From an uncultured Bacillota bacterium (GTDB taxonomy: Bacteria; Sysuimicrobiota; Sysuimicrobiia; Sysuimicrobiales; Segetimicrobiaceae): a DNA stretch of 64,000 nt. The stretch spans positions 296,089-360,088 of the forward strand of contig CAWDRG010000005.1 in the NCBI GenBank assembly GCA_963804645.1, in the 5' to 3' direction. This document shows positions 19,852 through 30,487 of the stretch, piece by piece. Under the pieces are notes generated by a model. The model did no database searches. It saw only the letters and a program-made list of their open reading frames with translations, and was not told the origin of the DNA. The translations under genes and the position numbers were made by a program. Positions within the stretch are counted from its first letter, which is position 1. Every line of letters begins with the position of its first letter.

Positions 19852-20819
19852 GCCGGTGCCTCCGCATCCGCCGCCTGCGCGTCGGCCGGCTCCTCGTGCG
19901 TCACCAGCTTCAGGAAGACGTCCTCGAGGCTCATCGCGAGGGGGCGCAGTTCCAAGAGGCCGACGCCGACGTCGACCACGACGCGCCCGATCTCCTCGCG
20001 CACGTCCTTCCCGAGCTCGGCCTCCACGATCAGCTCCCCTTCGCCCGCGGCGGAGACGCGCAGCACCCCGGGGATCTGCGCGAGGCGTGCGGCGAGGTCT
20101 CCGCTCGCGCGCTCCGTCCGGACGAGCGTGCGCTCCGAACTCCGGAGGCGGCCCGCGAGCTCCGCGTACGTGTCGACCGCCACGATCACGCCTTCATTAA
20201 TAATCACCACGCGGTCGCAGACCGCGGTGGCCTCGGGCAGAATGTGGGTGCTCAAAATGATGGTGTGGTTGCCCTTGAGGTTCCGAATCACGTTGCGGAT
20301 CTCCACGATCTGACGGGGATCCATCGCCGACGTCGGCTCGTCGAGAATCAGCACCGCGGGATCGTGCACGATCGCCTGCGCCAGCCCCACCCGCTGCCGG
20401 TAGCCGCGGGACAGGTTGCGAATCAGCCGGTCGGCGACGTCGTCGACCGCGCAGAGCTGTGTGGCCCGGTCCACCGCGTCCCCGACTTTCCGGCGCTCGA
20501 CCCCTTTCAGCCGGGCGACAAATCCCAAATACTCCCGGACCGTGAAATCATCGTACAGCGGAGCGGTCTCGGGCAGGTAGCCGAGGTGGCGCTTCGCCTC
20601 GAGCGGCTTCTCGACCATGTCGAACCCCGCCACGGTCGCCCGCCCCGACGTCGGCGCGAGGAACCCCGTGAGGATGCGCATCGTGGTCGTCTTCCCCGCC
20701 CCGTTCGGTCCGAGAAATCCCAGAATTTCGCCTTCGCGCGCCTCGAACGAGACGTCGCGAATGGCCCAGCGCTCTCCGTAGTTGCGGGAGAGCGAATCGG
20801 CCTGAATCACCCACACCAC
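19848..20819 (-). CDS. ABC transporter ATP-binding protein (GldA-like)
   Basis: Walker A GPNGAGKTT, signature LSRGYRQR, ILDEPT and STH. Confidence 0.95.
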   Translation of the reverse strand: MVWVIQADSLSRNYGERWAIRDVSFEAREGEILGFLGPNGAGKTTTMRILTGFLAPTSGRATVAGFDMVEKPLEAKRHLGYLPETAPLYDDFTVREYLGFVARLKGVERRKVGDAVDRATQLCAVDDVADRLIRNLSRGYRQRVGLAQAIVHDPAVLILDEPTSAMDPRQIVEIRNVIRNLKGNHTIILSTHILPEATAVCDRVVIINEGVIVAVDTYAELAGRLRSSERTLVRTERASGDLAARLAQIPGVLRVSAAGEGELIVEAELGKDVREEIGRVVVDVGVGLLELRPLAMSLEDVFLKLVTHEEPADAQAADAEAPA

Positions 20820-20909
20820 TCCCTTCCACGCAGACAGCCTCTATCGTACTTGGGTGCGCGATCGGATGCAAGCGCAGGGAGGCCGTTCGCCTGCCCCGAA
20901 CGTGTTGCC

Positions 20910-22511
20910 ATGCACACTCGGCTCACCGGACTGATCGCCGCGTCGCTCCTCCTCGCCCTGGTCCTGCCCGCGTCCGCCGTCGTCCCAACGCGTCACGGTC
21001 CGCCGCATCTCGCCCTCTGGATGGAGCCCGGAGCCAACCTGCTGCAGTTGAGCACCCCCGACGGCGTCGCCGCCGCGCTCGACCGCGCGCGCGCCGCGGG
21101 GGTCGACGTCGTCATGCCCGAGGCGAAAAACGCGTGGGGATACGTCACGTACCGCAGCGGGTTCGCCCCGACGATCGCCGACTCGCCGCTCCCGCACGAG
21201 GGCCCCGGCGCCACCTACCCGCCCCCGACGGGCTGGTATCCGCGCACCTACGACATGCTCGCGACGATCATTGCGGACGCCCACGCCCGCGGCATGCGCG
21301 TCGATGCCGCCGTCAACAGCTTCGGCGAGGGCTACTCGCCCCTGCGCGCCGGCCCCGCGTTCACCCATCCCGATTGGCAGGCGATCGCGTATCTCGCCAC
21401 CCGGCGCGTGCTCGCCCCCAACGGACGATCCTACGCGCTGTCGGGCGTGAATGTTCCCCGCGATGACAACGCGCTCGTCCTGTACACGTCGCCGGCGGGC
21501 GGGCCGACGCCCGCGTCCCGCTGGGGCGTCGACGTCGCGGTCGAGCACGACGCGGTGACCGCGGTGCGCGATCGCGCCGCGGGACCGGCCGACCCGGGGC
21601 CCCTCACGATTCCCGCCGACGGCTACGTGCTCTCGGGGCACGGGAACGCCGCCGAATGGCTGCGGGAGGCGCTCTCGCCCGGCGCCGCGGTCTCACTCGG
21701 CCCGGTCGAGACGTACATGGCCCCCTCGTCCTCCCACAGCATCTTCGCGTTTGTCAGCCCGGCGAACCCCCTCGTCTGGAACTACGAGCTCGGCGTGATC
21801 TACGAATTGATCACGCGCTACGACGTGGACGGCATCATCTTGGATCGGACGCGGTACGAGGACGTGACCCAGGACTTCTCCCCGCTCAGCCGGGTCGGGT
21901 TCGAACAGTTCATCGGCCATCCCGTCGCCCATTGGCCGGAGGACATCTACACGTACGCGCCGGACGGGTATTGGGTGTCCCGCCGGCCGGGCCCCCTGTA
22001 CCGGGAGTGGCTGGGATACCGGGCGCACACGATCATGACGTACACGCGGGCGGTCACCCGGCTCGTCCGCACGATCCGCCCGAACATCGACGTCGCGATG
22101 TACGTCGGCGCCTGGTACTCGGTCTACTATGATGAAGGATCCAACTGGGGCAGCCCGGGGGTGCGGGCCCCGTACGCCTGGATCGGAGACGACTGGGTGC
22201 GGGCGGGCCTGGCCCCGCTCCTTGACTATCTCATGATCGGACTCTACTACCGCCCCGTGACCATCAGCGAGGCGCGCCGGCAGCACGACCACGCCGACGT
22301 CAGCGTCGAGGGTGCCGCCCGGCTGGGACTGTCCGTGGTCAACGGAGCCACGCCCGTCGTCGGATCGCTGCTGACGAGTCTCTACGCGAACGATCCGCAG
22401 CGGCTCACCGCCGCGATCCGCATGTCCGATCGTTTGACGAGCGGGACGATGCTCTTCGATCTCGTCTACATGAACGCCGATCAGTTCTGGGGCGACGTGC
22501 CCGCGCGGTGA
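20910..22511 (+). CDS. Secreted glycosyl hydrolase-like family 10 (GHL10/YddW-like) protein
   Basis: Signal peptide MHTRLTGLIAASLLLALVLPASA; AHARGMRVDA, YDVDGIILDRTRY and YVGAWYSVYYDEGSNWGS. Confidence 0.8.
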   Translation: MHTRLTGLIAASLLLALVLPASAVVPTRHGPPHLALWMEPGANLLQLSTPDGVAAALDRARAAGVDVVMPEAKNAWGYVTYRSGFAPTIADSPLPHEGPGATYPPPTGWYPRTYDMLATIIADAHARGMRVDAAVNSFGEGYSPLRAGPAFTHPDWQAIAYLATRRVLAPNGRSYALSGVNVPRDDNALVLYTSPAGGPTPASRWGVDVAVEHDAVTAVRDRAAGPADPGPLTIPADGYVLSGHGNAAEWLREALSPGAAVSLGPVETYMAPSSSHSIFAFVSPANPLVWNYELGVIYELITRYDVDGIILDRTRYEDVTQDFSPLSRVGFEQFIGHPVAHWPEDIYTYAPDGYWVSRRPGPLYREWLGYRAHTIMTYTRAVTRLVRTIRPNIDVAMYVGAWYSVYYDEGSNWGSPGVRAPYAWIGDDWVRAGLAPLLDYLMIGLYYRPVTISEARRQHDHADVSVEGAARLGLSVVNGATPVVGSLLTSLYANDPQRLTAAIRMSDRLTSGTMLFDLVYMNADQFWGDVPAR

Positions 22512-22995
22512 CTCCCCGGCCGCTGCCGGGCGGGACCCCGCGCGACGCCGGGTCCGCCCACGACGCGCACCCTCGCGAAATACGGTGGGGACCCCGCCCG
22601 AACTGAGGCGAGGTCCCCACGTTGCCCGATCTCTATCCCTACGTAACACGCGGCGCGTCTGGGACCTGCGAGCGCAAGACCGCGCCGTGAACGAAATCCT
22701 CCCGCCGCACCGTCGTCGGCCAGCTACGCCACGATCGACGGGGACCGGAACTGCGGAAGACCTATCCGGCCATCACCTCGAATCGCGGATACTGGCGGCA
22801 GGTCGGACGATACGGCGTAGAGCGTCTACTATCTTCCATCCGCATCACCTCCTTTCGTTACTATGCACATCATGGCGTGCGTGCGCGCACGTGTCAAGAT
22901 CAAACCCGGGGACCCGCGGCCGGCGCGGTCCCGCGCCGCGACACAAACGCCGGGACCGCACGGCCCCGGCGCACCCTCCCGAACGACGCTGCGCG

Positions 22996-23409
22996 CTATT
23001 TTTTGCCGTTCGACCGCCGCTTCGAATGCGTCCGCAGCCACACCGCGATGGTCTCGCGCGTCATGGCGCCCTTCGCGACGCTGACGATGAATTCGACCAC
23101 GTCCTCGGACGGCTGAAGGGCGAGCCGAAACCCCGCGTTCTCCAAGAACAGCCGCGTCGTCTCGAGCGCCGTGCGCTTGTTGCCGTCGTGGAACAATTGA
23201 TCGCGTACCAAACGATCTAGATAGAACGATGCCATATCCCAAACCGTGGGCTGGGGCCTGAGCGCGATGCGGGTCTGGACGAAGCTTACCAGCGACTCGA
23301 GGCTCGGAGGGTACACGACGTTCTGCTCGCCCGCGAGGTACAATCCGCCGGTGGTGCGGATCATCCGCTGGTTGACAGTCTTGAGCTGCTCCGCTGTGAG
23401 GTACTTCAC
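22996..23409 (-). CDS. Fic/Doc-family (death-on-curing-like) protein
   Basis: Motif QLFHDGNKRTA; the GTG start overlaps the upstream TGA. Confidence 0.82.
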   Translation of the reverse strand: MKYLTAEQLKTVNQRMIRTTGGLYLAGEQNVVYPPSLESLVSFVQTRIALRPQPTVWDMASFYLDRLVRDQLFHDGNKRTALETTRLFLENAGFRLALQPSEDVVEFIVSVAKGAMTRETIAVWLRTHSKRRSNGKK

Positions 23410-23693
23410 CGTTTCGCCAACGCCTCCCACAGCGTGCGGTAATCGCGGAGACTGCGCTCGAGGCTCGAAAGGAACACGCGTTCGCTCACCACATCGGCCG
23501 GCGGCAGGGGCCTGGCCGGCCGCCGCGCCCGCGTGGCGCGGGACCCGACGACCCGTACGCGCCCGCGCGCGGCCGGACGCTTCGGTGCTTTCGATCGGCT
23601 GGTGGACGAGGATTTCGAGGTCGCGGCCCGTGGTTTGGCCTTTTTCTTGGTTGTGACCCGCCGTATACCCGCTCTCGCGGATCCACGCCCCAT
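23406..23693 (-). CDS. Putative antitoxin partner of the Doc-like protein
   Basis: Small basic ORF translationally coupled to doc. The C-terminal helix SLRDYRTLWEALAKR resembles ends of Doc-associated antitoxins. Confidence 0.55.
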   Translation of the reverse strand: MGRGSARAGIRRVTTKKKAKPRAATSKSSSTSRSKAPKRPAARGRVRVVGSRATRARRPARPLPPADVVSERVFLSSLERSLRDYRTLWEALAKR

Positions 23694-23973
23694 ATCTCGC
23701 CTCCCGTCGATTTAATCTATCATGGCCCTAGAGGAGACGCAACCCTGGAAGGCGCCGTGACGTGCATTCAGCGAGGAAAATCCCACATTATATGCTCAAA
23801 TGAATGATCGCTCATCAATAAATCCATGGAGCACTCGATAGCGTGGCTCAAGAGACGGGTGGATCAGGCGAAGAGCCGGGGACCGAACATCGTACCCGAA
23901 ATTGTAAGGGCGCCAAGCAGCACCAACCTGGCGCCCCAGTTGAGATTTTGAGTGTGCAGTAGTGGGGTTGTCT

Positions 23974-24177
23974 CTAGCCAACCACCCTCACGTTCTGGGC
24001 CTGGGGGCCCTTCTGACCTTGGGTAATCTCGAACTCCACGGTCTGCCCCTCTTCCAGGTTCCGAAAGCCCTCACCGGCGATCCCGGTGTAATGCACAAAC
24101 ACGTCCTTGCCCTCCTCCGGGGTAATGAACCCATAACCCTTCTCCCGGTTAAACCACTTGACCGTTCCCTTCGGCAT
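23974..24177 (-). CDS. cspA: Cold-shock protein (CSD)
   Basis: [18 protein letters not shown]...DVFVHY...[10 protein letters not shown]. Confidence 0.97.
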   Translation of the reverse strand: MPKGTVKWFNREKGYGFITPEEGKDVFVHYTGIAGEGFRNLEEGQTVEFEITQGQKGPQAQNVRVVG

Positions 24178-24232
24178 GACCTTTCCTTCCTCCCCTGGGG
24201 CCAGTTGCCCCCACGTAAAGTACCCCCATATA

Positions 24233-25342
24233 CTATGGACCCTTTTGCGAATCCTTCATGGCGCCGGGGGTGACGGCCGGCCTGACGCGCTCTGCGGCCC
24301 ATGAGGAGACCGCGTCAGGCAGACGGCCTTCGACGACCGCGGCCGAGACCGCATGCGCCAGAATCGGTGCGAGCGACACGCCGGGGGCGTGCGGCACGGC
24401 GACGTAGATGCCGTCTTCGATCTCCCCGACCAGGGGCCGGGCGGGCGAGACCATGCCCCGCCAGGACCACGTGCGCGTGACGCGGGCAGCGGTCAGCGCG
24501 GGCGCAAGGTGCGCGGCCGCGGCGATCTCGCGCATCACGCCGACGGCCGACGTGCGTCCGGCATCGTCATACCCCACGTGGTCGAAGACGACCTCACCGC
24601 CGGCCTCCTGCCGCGCGCTGGAGACGCGATGGCGAAGCAGCGGCGGCAGCTTCTCGGTCACCGCGGCGCGGTGCCGCACGGACCGCGTCGGCACGGACAG
24701 ACCGAGCTGCGTCCCGATCTCGGCCGCCCACCGGCCAGACGTGACCACCAGCTTCCGCACGTCGAGGGACCCTTGGGCACTGTGAAGGAGAAACCGCCCG
24801 CCGGCGTCTTCGACGGTGACCGCGCCCGTGTGGAACAGAAAGGTGGCTCCGAGCGCGCCCGCGGCGGCGATCAACCGCTGCGCCAGCAGGTTGACGTTGA
24901 GGACGCCTTCGCGCGGCGAGTAGGTGGCTCCGCGAACCGCCCCATCGAGCGCCGGCTCACGCTGCAGCACCTCATCACGCGGCAGCCACTGCACCGGCAG
25001 GGCCGCCTCCGCCTGCGCCACCGCGAACGCCTCTTTGGCCGACGCGTCCGCATCGGTCCACGCCGGAGCGAGCCCGCCGGTCATCAGGTACCCGAACGGG
25101 CCGATCTGCTCTTCCAGCTGCTGGAACCGTCCGACGCTCTCCAAGCCGACCCGCGCGATCTCCGCGGCCTCGGTATGGTCCCAAACCGTGGCGGAGTACA
25201 CGCCGGCGAGCCCGCTCCGGGGCCCGCCCTGCTGAATCACGATCGGCGCGAGCTTCCGGCGGGCAAGCGCGCGTGCCACGAGGCACCCGAGCACTCCGGC
25301 TCCGAGCACGGCCACCTCGCCGCTGCGCGGCCGTTCGCTCAT
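24233..25342 (-). CDS. FAD-dependent oxidoreductase (DAO/glycine oxidase-like)
   Basis: [10 protein letters not shown] dinucleotide-binding motif, REPAL, YSPREG and GVSLAPI. Confidence 0.8.
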   Translation of the reverse strand: MSERPRSGEVAVLGAGVLGCLVARALARRKLAPIVIQQGGPRSGLAGVYSATVWDHTEAAEIARVGLESVGRFQQLEEQIGPFGYLMTGGLAPAWTDADASAKEAFAVAQAEAALPVQWLPRDEVLQREPALDGAVRGATYSPREGVLNVNLLAQRLIAAAGALGATFLFHTGAVTVEDAGGRFLLHSAQGSLDVRKLVVTSGRWAAEIGTQLGLSVPTRSVRHRAAVTEKLPPLLRHRVSSARQEAGGEVVFDHVGYDDAGRTSAVGVMREIAAAAHLAPALTAARVTRTWSWRGMVSPARPLVGEIEDGIYVAVPHAPGVSLAPILAHAVSAAVVEGRLPDAVSSWAAERVRPAVTPGAMKDSQKGP

Positions 25343-26604
25343 CCGCCGTCGAGATGCGGCAGCGCGGCCAGCGCGGCGATCGGCACCGGCCGCGCCGGTG
25401 GGTACATCGGCGGCAGCGCGAACCGTCCGATCGGACGCTCCAGCGCACCGGCGAGCCAGCGGAGCATCGCTCCCTCGCACCGCCGGGCCCCGCACTCCCC
25501 AGCCCCGCAGCGGGTCATGCGCCGCAGGTCCTCGGGCGTTTGGGCGCCTTCGCCGACCGCGTCGCGCAGTGCGTCCACGGTCACGCCCTCGCAGGGACAG
25601 ACGACGGTCCCGGGCCGGGCGTCCCAGCCGTCCACCACCTCGTCGGGAAACACGCCCGTCATGAGGGACTCGCGCGCCCGCGCGTGCAGCGGGATCGACG
25701 CGGCCCGCAGCCGCTCGCGCGCCTCCGCGATCTTCGCGTCCGCGTCCGGCAGCACGCCGAGTGCCGCGAGCGCCGCCCGAGCCGCGAGGCGGCCGGACTC
25801 GGCCGCGGCGCGCGGCGAATCCACGCCGGAGGCATCCCCGGCGACAAAGATCTTGGACGCCGGCCCGTGCAGCATCAGGAACGGGTCGTAGCGGGGCACC
25901 CATCCGCCGAGCATCGGGTGGTAGACGCACGGACAGGCCGCGAGGCGGGCGAGCTCCGTCGCGGGCGACCTGGGAGACTCGACGGAGAGCAGCGCGCACG
26001 GATGCCGGCTGCCGTCCGAAAGTTCGATCTCCGCGACGGCGTCGCCGCCGTGCGCGGCCGCCAGCGCTCCGGCCACGTACGGCACGGCATCGGCGAGCCC
26101 CGGCGGACGCGCGGGGGCAACCGCGATGACCGCGACGCCCCGCTCGTGCAGTCGATTGGCCAGCGCGGCAGCCCCCGCGGCGCCGACCACGACCGCGGGG
26201 CCGGCGTCCGGCGTCACGCGTCCCGCGCGCACGGCCTCCCACCCCGCGTCGACGGTCGTCACGCCCGCGAGGGTCCAGCCGGGGAAGGGCAGCATCGCCT
26301 CTCGGGCGCCGGGAGCCAGGATGACGGCCTGCGCGGCGACCGCGTCGGCCCGCTCGCCGCGTACGACGTACAGGGTGCGTCCGCACACGCCCCACACCGA
26401 GCTGTTCCGCCAGACCTCGGCGGGACCGAGATCGCGCATCAGCCCTTCGGTCAGGCCGCGGGCGCCCGGGACGACCATCGCCCGCCCGCCGAGGGCCGGC
26501 CGCTCTTCGATCAGCAGCACGTGCGCGCCCAAGGCGCGGGCGTCGCCGGCAGCGGCGAGACCCGCCGGACCCGCGCCCACGACCGCGAGCTGGACCGACG
26601 TCAC
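25339..26604 (-). CDS. NAD(P)/FAD oxidoreductase with BFD-like [2Fe-2S] domain (HcnB/OoxA-like)
   Basis: VVGAGPAGLAAA, FPGWTLAGV, FVAGD and VCPCEGV...TRCGAGECGARRC. Confidence 0.85.
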   Translation of the reverse strand: MTSVQLAVVGAGPAGLAAAGDARALGAHVLLIEERPALGGRAMVVPGARGLTEGLMRDLGPAEVWRNSSVWGVCGRTLYVVRGERADAVAAQAVILAPGAREAMLPFPGWTLAGVTTVDAGWEAVRAGRVTPDAGPAVVVGAAGAAALANRLHERGVAVIAVAPARPPGLADAVPYVAGALAAAHGGDAVAEIELSDGSRHPCALLSVESPRSPATELARLAACPCVYHPMLGGWVPRYDPFLMLHGPASKIFVAGDASGVDSPRAAAESGRLAARAALAALGVLPDADAKIAEARERLRAASIPLHARARESLMTGVFPDEVVDGWDARPGTVVCPCEGVTVDALRDAVGEGAQTPEDLRRMTRCGAGECGARRCEGAMLRWLAGALERPIGRFALPPMYPPARPVPIAALAALPHLDGG

Positions 26605-28867
26605 CGTCGCGCGGAGACCCGCAGAGCCGCGCTCACGACCTCGGCGGTCATCGGCAGCTGCTCGACCCGCGCGCCCGTGGCGCTCGCGATTGCGTTGCCG
26701 ATCGCCGCGGCCACCGGCACGACCGGGGGCTCGCCCACGCCCTTCGCGCCAAACGGCCCGTGCTCGGAGGGCACTTCCACGAGATGCGCGCGCATCATCG
26801 GGACGTCGCCGGCGCGCGGGACGGCGTAGTCGACGAAGCTGCCGGTCGACAGTGTCCCGGCGTCGTCGTAGCTCATGCGCTCGAACAAAGCCCACCCGAT
26901 GCCCTGCGCGACGCCGCCGTGGATCTGTCCGAGCACCGCGGCGGGATTGATCGCGCGGCCGACGTCCTGCGCGACCGCGTACTCGAGCACCCGCACGCGG
27001 CCGGCCTCCGGATCGACGTGCACGCGCACGGCGTGCGCGCCGAAGCCGGGCGCCCGGTGCGTGATCGCCTGCGACCCCACCCCGAACACCGGCGGGTGCT
27101 GCGCCCCGAACCCCGAGGTGAGCTTGGCAAGGTCCGCGACGGCGATCGCGCGCGACGGCGTCCCCCGGACGTGGGCGCGTCCCTCGACGATCTCCACGTC
27201 CGCCTCGGCGGCCTCGAGGCGGGACGCCGCGAGCCGGATCAGCTGGCGGCGCGCGTCCTCGGCCGCGGCCTGCACCGCCGCGCCGACGGTGTAGGTGATC
27301 TTGCTCCCGCCGGCCATGCCGGCCGACGGCGCGTCGTCGGTGTCGCCGTCGACGACGCGCACCGATTCCACGGGCACGCCCAGCGCCTGCGCGGTGATCT
27401 GCGCGATGGTGGTCGTCGTCCCGCTGATGTCGACCGAGCCGACGAGCACCTGCACCCCGCCGTCGGCGTTCATCCGCACGCAGGCGCTCGCCGGCTCGAG
27501 CCCGCCGAGCCATCCGCCGATCGCGATCCCGACCCCGTCGTGGTTGGTGCGGCCGCGCACCATCGGATCCGCCGCGAGCGCCTCCAGCGACTCCCGCAGC
27601 CCGATGCGAGGCCACGCCTCGCCGGTCGGCATCGGATCGCCCATCTCCGACGCGTTGCGCATGCGGAACTCCAGCGGATCCTGCCCGAGCGCGCGCGCGA
27701 CCTCGTCGACCAGGGACTCGATCGCGAACGTCGCCTGCGGCGCGCCGGGCGCGCGGTAGGCGCCGACCGGCGCCTTGTGGGTGAGCACCTCGTGGCCGGT
27801 GATGTCCAGCGCCGGCGTCCGGTAGTACCCCCCAGCAGGAGCGCGGCGATGTTGACCGGCGCCCCCGGATAGGCGCCCGCGTCGAACAGCAGGCGCGCCT
27901 GCAGCGCCGAGATCGTCCCGTCCTGCCGCGCGCCCAGTTTCACGTCCAGGATCGACTGGGGCGCCGGCGTGCCGGTGCGAAACTCGTCGGCGCGGGTCAG
28001 GAGCAGCCGGATCGGACGGCCGAGGGCCACCGCGATCGCCGCGGCCAGCGGCTCCAGCAGCAGGACTTTGGCTCCAAAGCCGCCCCCGACGGCCATCGGC
28101 ACGACGCGCACCGACGACTCGGGAAGCCCCAGCACCGCCGCGACGTTCTCGCGCGCGTAGAACAGCCCCTGCGTCGCCGTCCAGATCGTCACGCGCCGCG
28201 CGAACGGATCGTAGTCGGCCACCGTGGCATGCGGCTCGAGATACGCCTGGTGCACGACCGAGGTGCGGAACCGCCGGCCCACGACGACCGCGGCGTCGCG
28301 GAAGCCCCGCTCCACGTCTCCACGCGAGAACCGCACGCGGCTCGCGATGTTGCTCGGTGGCCCCGACGCCGCCTCCTCTTCCACCTTAATCGCGGCGTGC
28401 AGCAGCGATTCCGAGCTCTTTCCGGCCAGGTCGGGCTGGACGAGCGGCGCGTCCGGCGCGCCGGCCGCGACCGGATCGACGAGGGCCGGCAGCGGCTCGT
28501 ACTCCACCGCCGCGCTCAGCCGCTCGAGGCCGTCTTCGGCGGCCGCCTCCGTGTCGGCGAGGACGACCGCCACGGGCTCGCCCTCGTACCGGACCTCGCC
28601 CCGCGCCAGCAGGAACCTCGCCCGCGAGGACGGCGCGGGATCGCCGGACGGGAGGTCGTCGACCGTCACCACCGCGACGACCCCCGGGGCTCGGAGCGCG
28701 GCGTCCTTCGGAATGCGGCGGATCTTGGCGTGCGCATACGGACTCAGCAGGAGGCGCCCGTGGAGCACGCCCCGCACCCACATATCCGCGGTGAACCGCT
28801 CGCGTCCGGTGACTTTCTGCTCGCCGTCGACCCGGCGCAGCGACTTGCCAACGACCGAGAACGCCAT
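26601..28867 (-). CDS. Xanthine dehydrogenase-family molybdopterin-binding subunit; one frameshift near 27825
   Basis: KVTG..FTAD, SPYAHAKI, HQAYLEPH, VGGGFGAK, GAYRAPG, DVGRAINP, GQIHGGVAQGIG and GAKGVGE. Confidence 0.92.
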
Positions 28868-29047
28868 CCCGAACACCTCGTGGTCGTGCATCGTATCTAC
28901 TCAGGGGACGATCAAGGGTTCCAGCCGCGCGCGGGCCGCTCCTGCACCGAGGAGACCCGGGCGCGTGGCGCGAATCCTACACGAACCTGGTTGCGGCCGC
29001 GCACCTCGCCCGCCCGGACGTTCCGCGAGACAGGAGTCGCTGGCATC

Positions 29048-29962
29048 ATGCGCGCATGGACAGTCGCCCGCCGCGTCGTCGGCATCGGCGTGATCATCGG
29101 GTTCTTCCTCGGGCTCGTCGGCATGCAGCTTCCGGTGCAGCCGCCGGAAACCGCGCGGGAGACGGCCCCCGCGATCGTTGCGGCGCCGATCCCGCGTGGA
29201 GACGCGCGGTTTCTCGTCGTCGGACTCACGCAGGATCGGCAGCGCACCGATACCGTCGAAGTCGTGCAGTGGGACGACGCCCACCATCGCGTCCGGATCC
29301 TCGGCGTCCCGCGCGACATCAACATCTCCCTGCCCGGGTTTCACACCACCAAGCTCGATCACGCCTTCGCGACCGGGGGCATCGGCAGGAGCCGCGCCGC
29401 GGTCGTCCGGCTGCTCAACGTGCCGATCGCGCACTACGTCGTGTTTACGCTGCCCGCGATGCGGCAGATCGTCGATCTGATCGGCGGCGTGCCGATCACC
29501 GTGGAGAAGCGGATGGTGTACACCGACCGCGAGCAGGGCCTGTACATCAACCTCCAGCCGGGCCCGCAGATGCTCGACGGTGCGCACGCCGAGCAGTACC
29601 TCCGGTTTCGCAACGATCCCGAGGGCGACATCGGACGGATCCGCCGCCAGCAGCACTTCCTCCGGGCCGCGCTCGCCCAGATCCACACCCCCGGCGTGCT
29701 GGTGCGCCTGCCGCAAATTATGGAAGCGGCCCACAACGACATCCAAACCGACCTGACCTCGTCCGAGATGTTGGGCTGGCTTCGCCGCGTGCAGCCGCTG
29801 ACGCCGGAGGAAGTCACCGCGGAGTCGATCAACGGGCGGCCCGTCGTGCTCTACGACGACCTCGCCCGCATGCGGCTGGACTTCTGGGAGCCGGACCCGA
29901 CCGATCTGCGCGCCAAGGTGCGCTGGCTGGCCACGGGCGTGCCGCCCGTGACCAAGCCGTGA
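29048..29962 (+). CDS. LCP (LytR-CpsA-Psr) family glycopolymer transferase
   Basis: RTDT, VPRD, VDLIGGV, LDGAHAEQYLRFR and GDIGRIRRQQ. Confidence 0.92.
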   Translation: MRAWTVARRVVGIGVIIGFFLGLVGMQLPVQPPETARETAPAIVAAPIPRGDARFLVVGLTQDRQRTDTVEVVQWDDAHHRVRILGVPRDINISLPGFHTTKLDHAFATGGIGRSRAAVVRLLNVPIAHYVVFTLPAMRQIVDLIGGVPITVEKRMVYTDREQGLYINLQPGPQMLDGAHAEQYLRFRNDPEGDIGRIRRQQHFLRAALAQIHTPGVLVRLPQIMEAAHNDIQTDLTSSEMLGWLRRVQPLTPEEVTAESINGRPVVLYDDLARMRLDFWEPDPTDLRAKVRWLATGVPPVTKP

Positions 29963-29969
29963 CCGCTCC

Positions 29970-30140
29970 GTGCCGACCCCGCCCGACCTCATCCGGCGGC
30001 CGTCGTTCTGGCTGATCGTCGTGCTCGTCATCGTCATCCCGACCGTGGCCTTCTTCTCGTCGCAATGGCTGCTGCGCGCGCTGACCCCCCCGAAGCACTC
30101 GCTCGGATCGCCCGCCGTGATCGCGCAGGCCCCCCGGTGA
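29970..30140 (+). CDS. Small single-TM membrane protein (56 aa)
   Basis: Manual translation VPTPPDLIRRPSFWLIVVLVIVIPTVAFFSSQWLL...; fills the gap between coupled genes. Confidence 0.55.
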   Translation: MPTPPDLIRRPSFWLIVVLVIVIPTVAFFSSQWLLRALTPPKHSLGSPAVIAQAPR

Positions 30141-30439
30141 CGGCCGCGGACGAGGGCGGCGTCCGGCGGGAAGGCATTCTGCTCGAATCCCTGGACGACC
30201 CGGCGTTTCGCCTGACGCAGCCGATGCGGCTCATCGCCGAGTACGAACCCGGCGCCGTGATCGTCATGTGGGATGAGACGCGCGACTTCGGCGTGGGCGC
30301 CACGCTCGAGGCGGCCGTGAACGACTTTCGCCACTCCATCACCGAGATGTACCGCCGCGTCGAGGACGTCCCCGGCAAGAGCGGCCCGCGCGTCGCGGCG
30401 GTGTGGCACGTGCTGGCGCGCTACATCGAACGGAGCTGA
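30137..30439 (+). CDS. Hypothetical protein, possibly HicB-like fold
   Basis: FGVGATLEAAVNDF resembles the HicB N-terminal GxTxEEA motif; GTG overlaps the previous TGA. Confidence 0.5.
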   Translation: MTAADEGGVRREGILLESLDDPAFRLTQPMRLIAEYEPGAVIVMWDETRDFGVGATLEAAVNDFRHSITEMYRRVEDVPGKSGPRVAAVWHVLARYIERS

Positions 30440-30487
30440 CCGCAAGGCGCGGGGGAACCCCGGCCGCCGGCCGAGAATCGTCTGCGT

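Noticed and set aside
19896..20909. N-terminal extension of the 871-aa ORF, and similar long Arg/Ala/Pro-rich ORFs (e.g. 28901..31417, 35488..37155, 40497..42224)
   Set aside because: Antisense shadows of real genes, expected in high-GC DNA.
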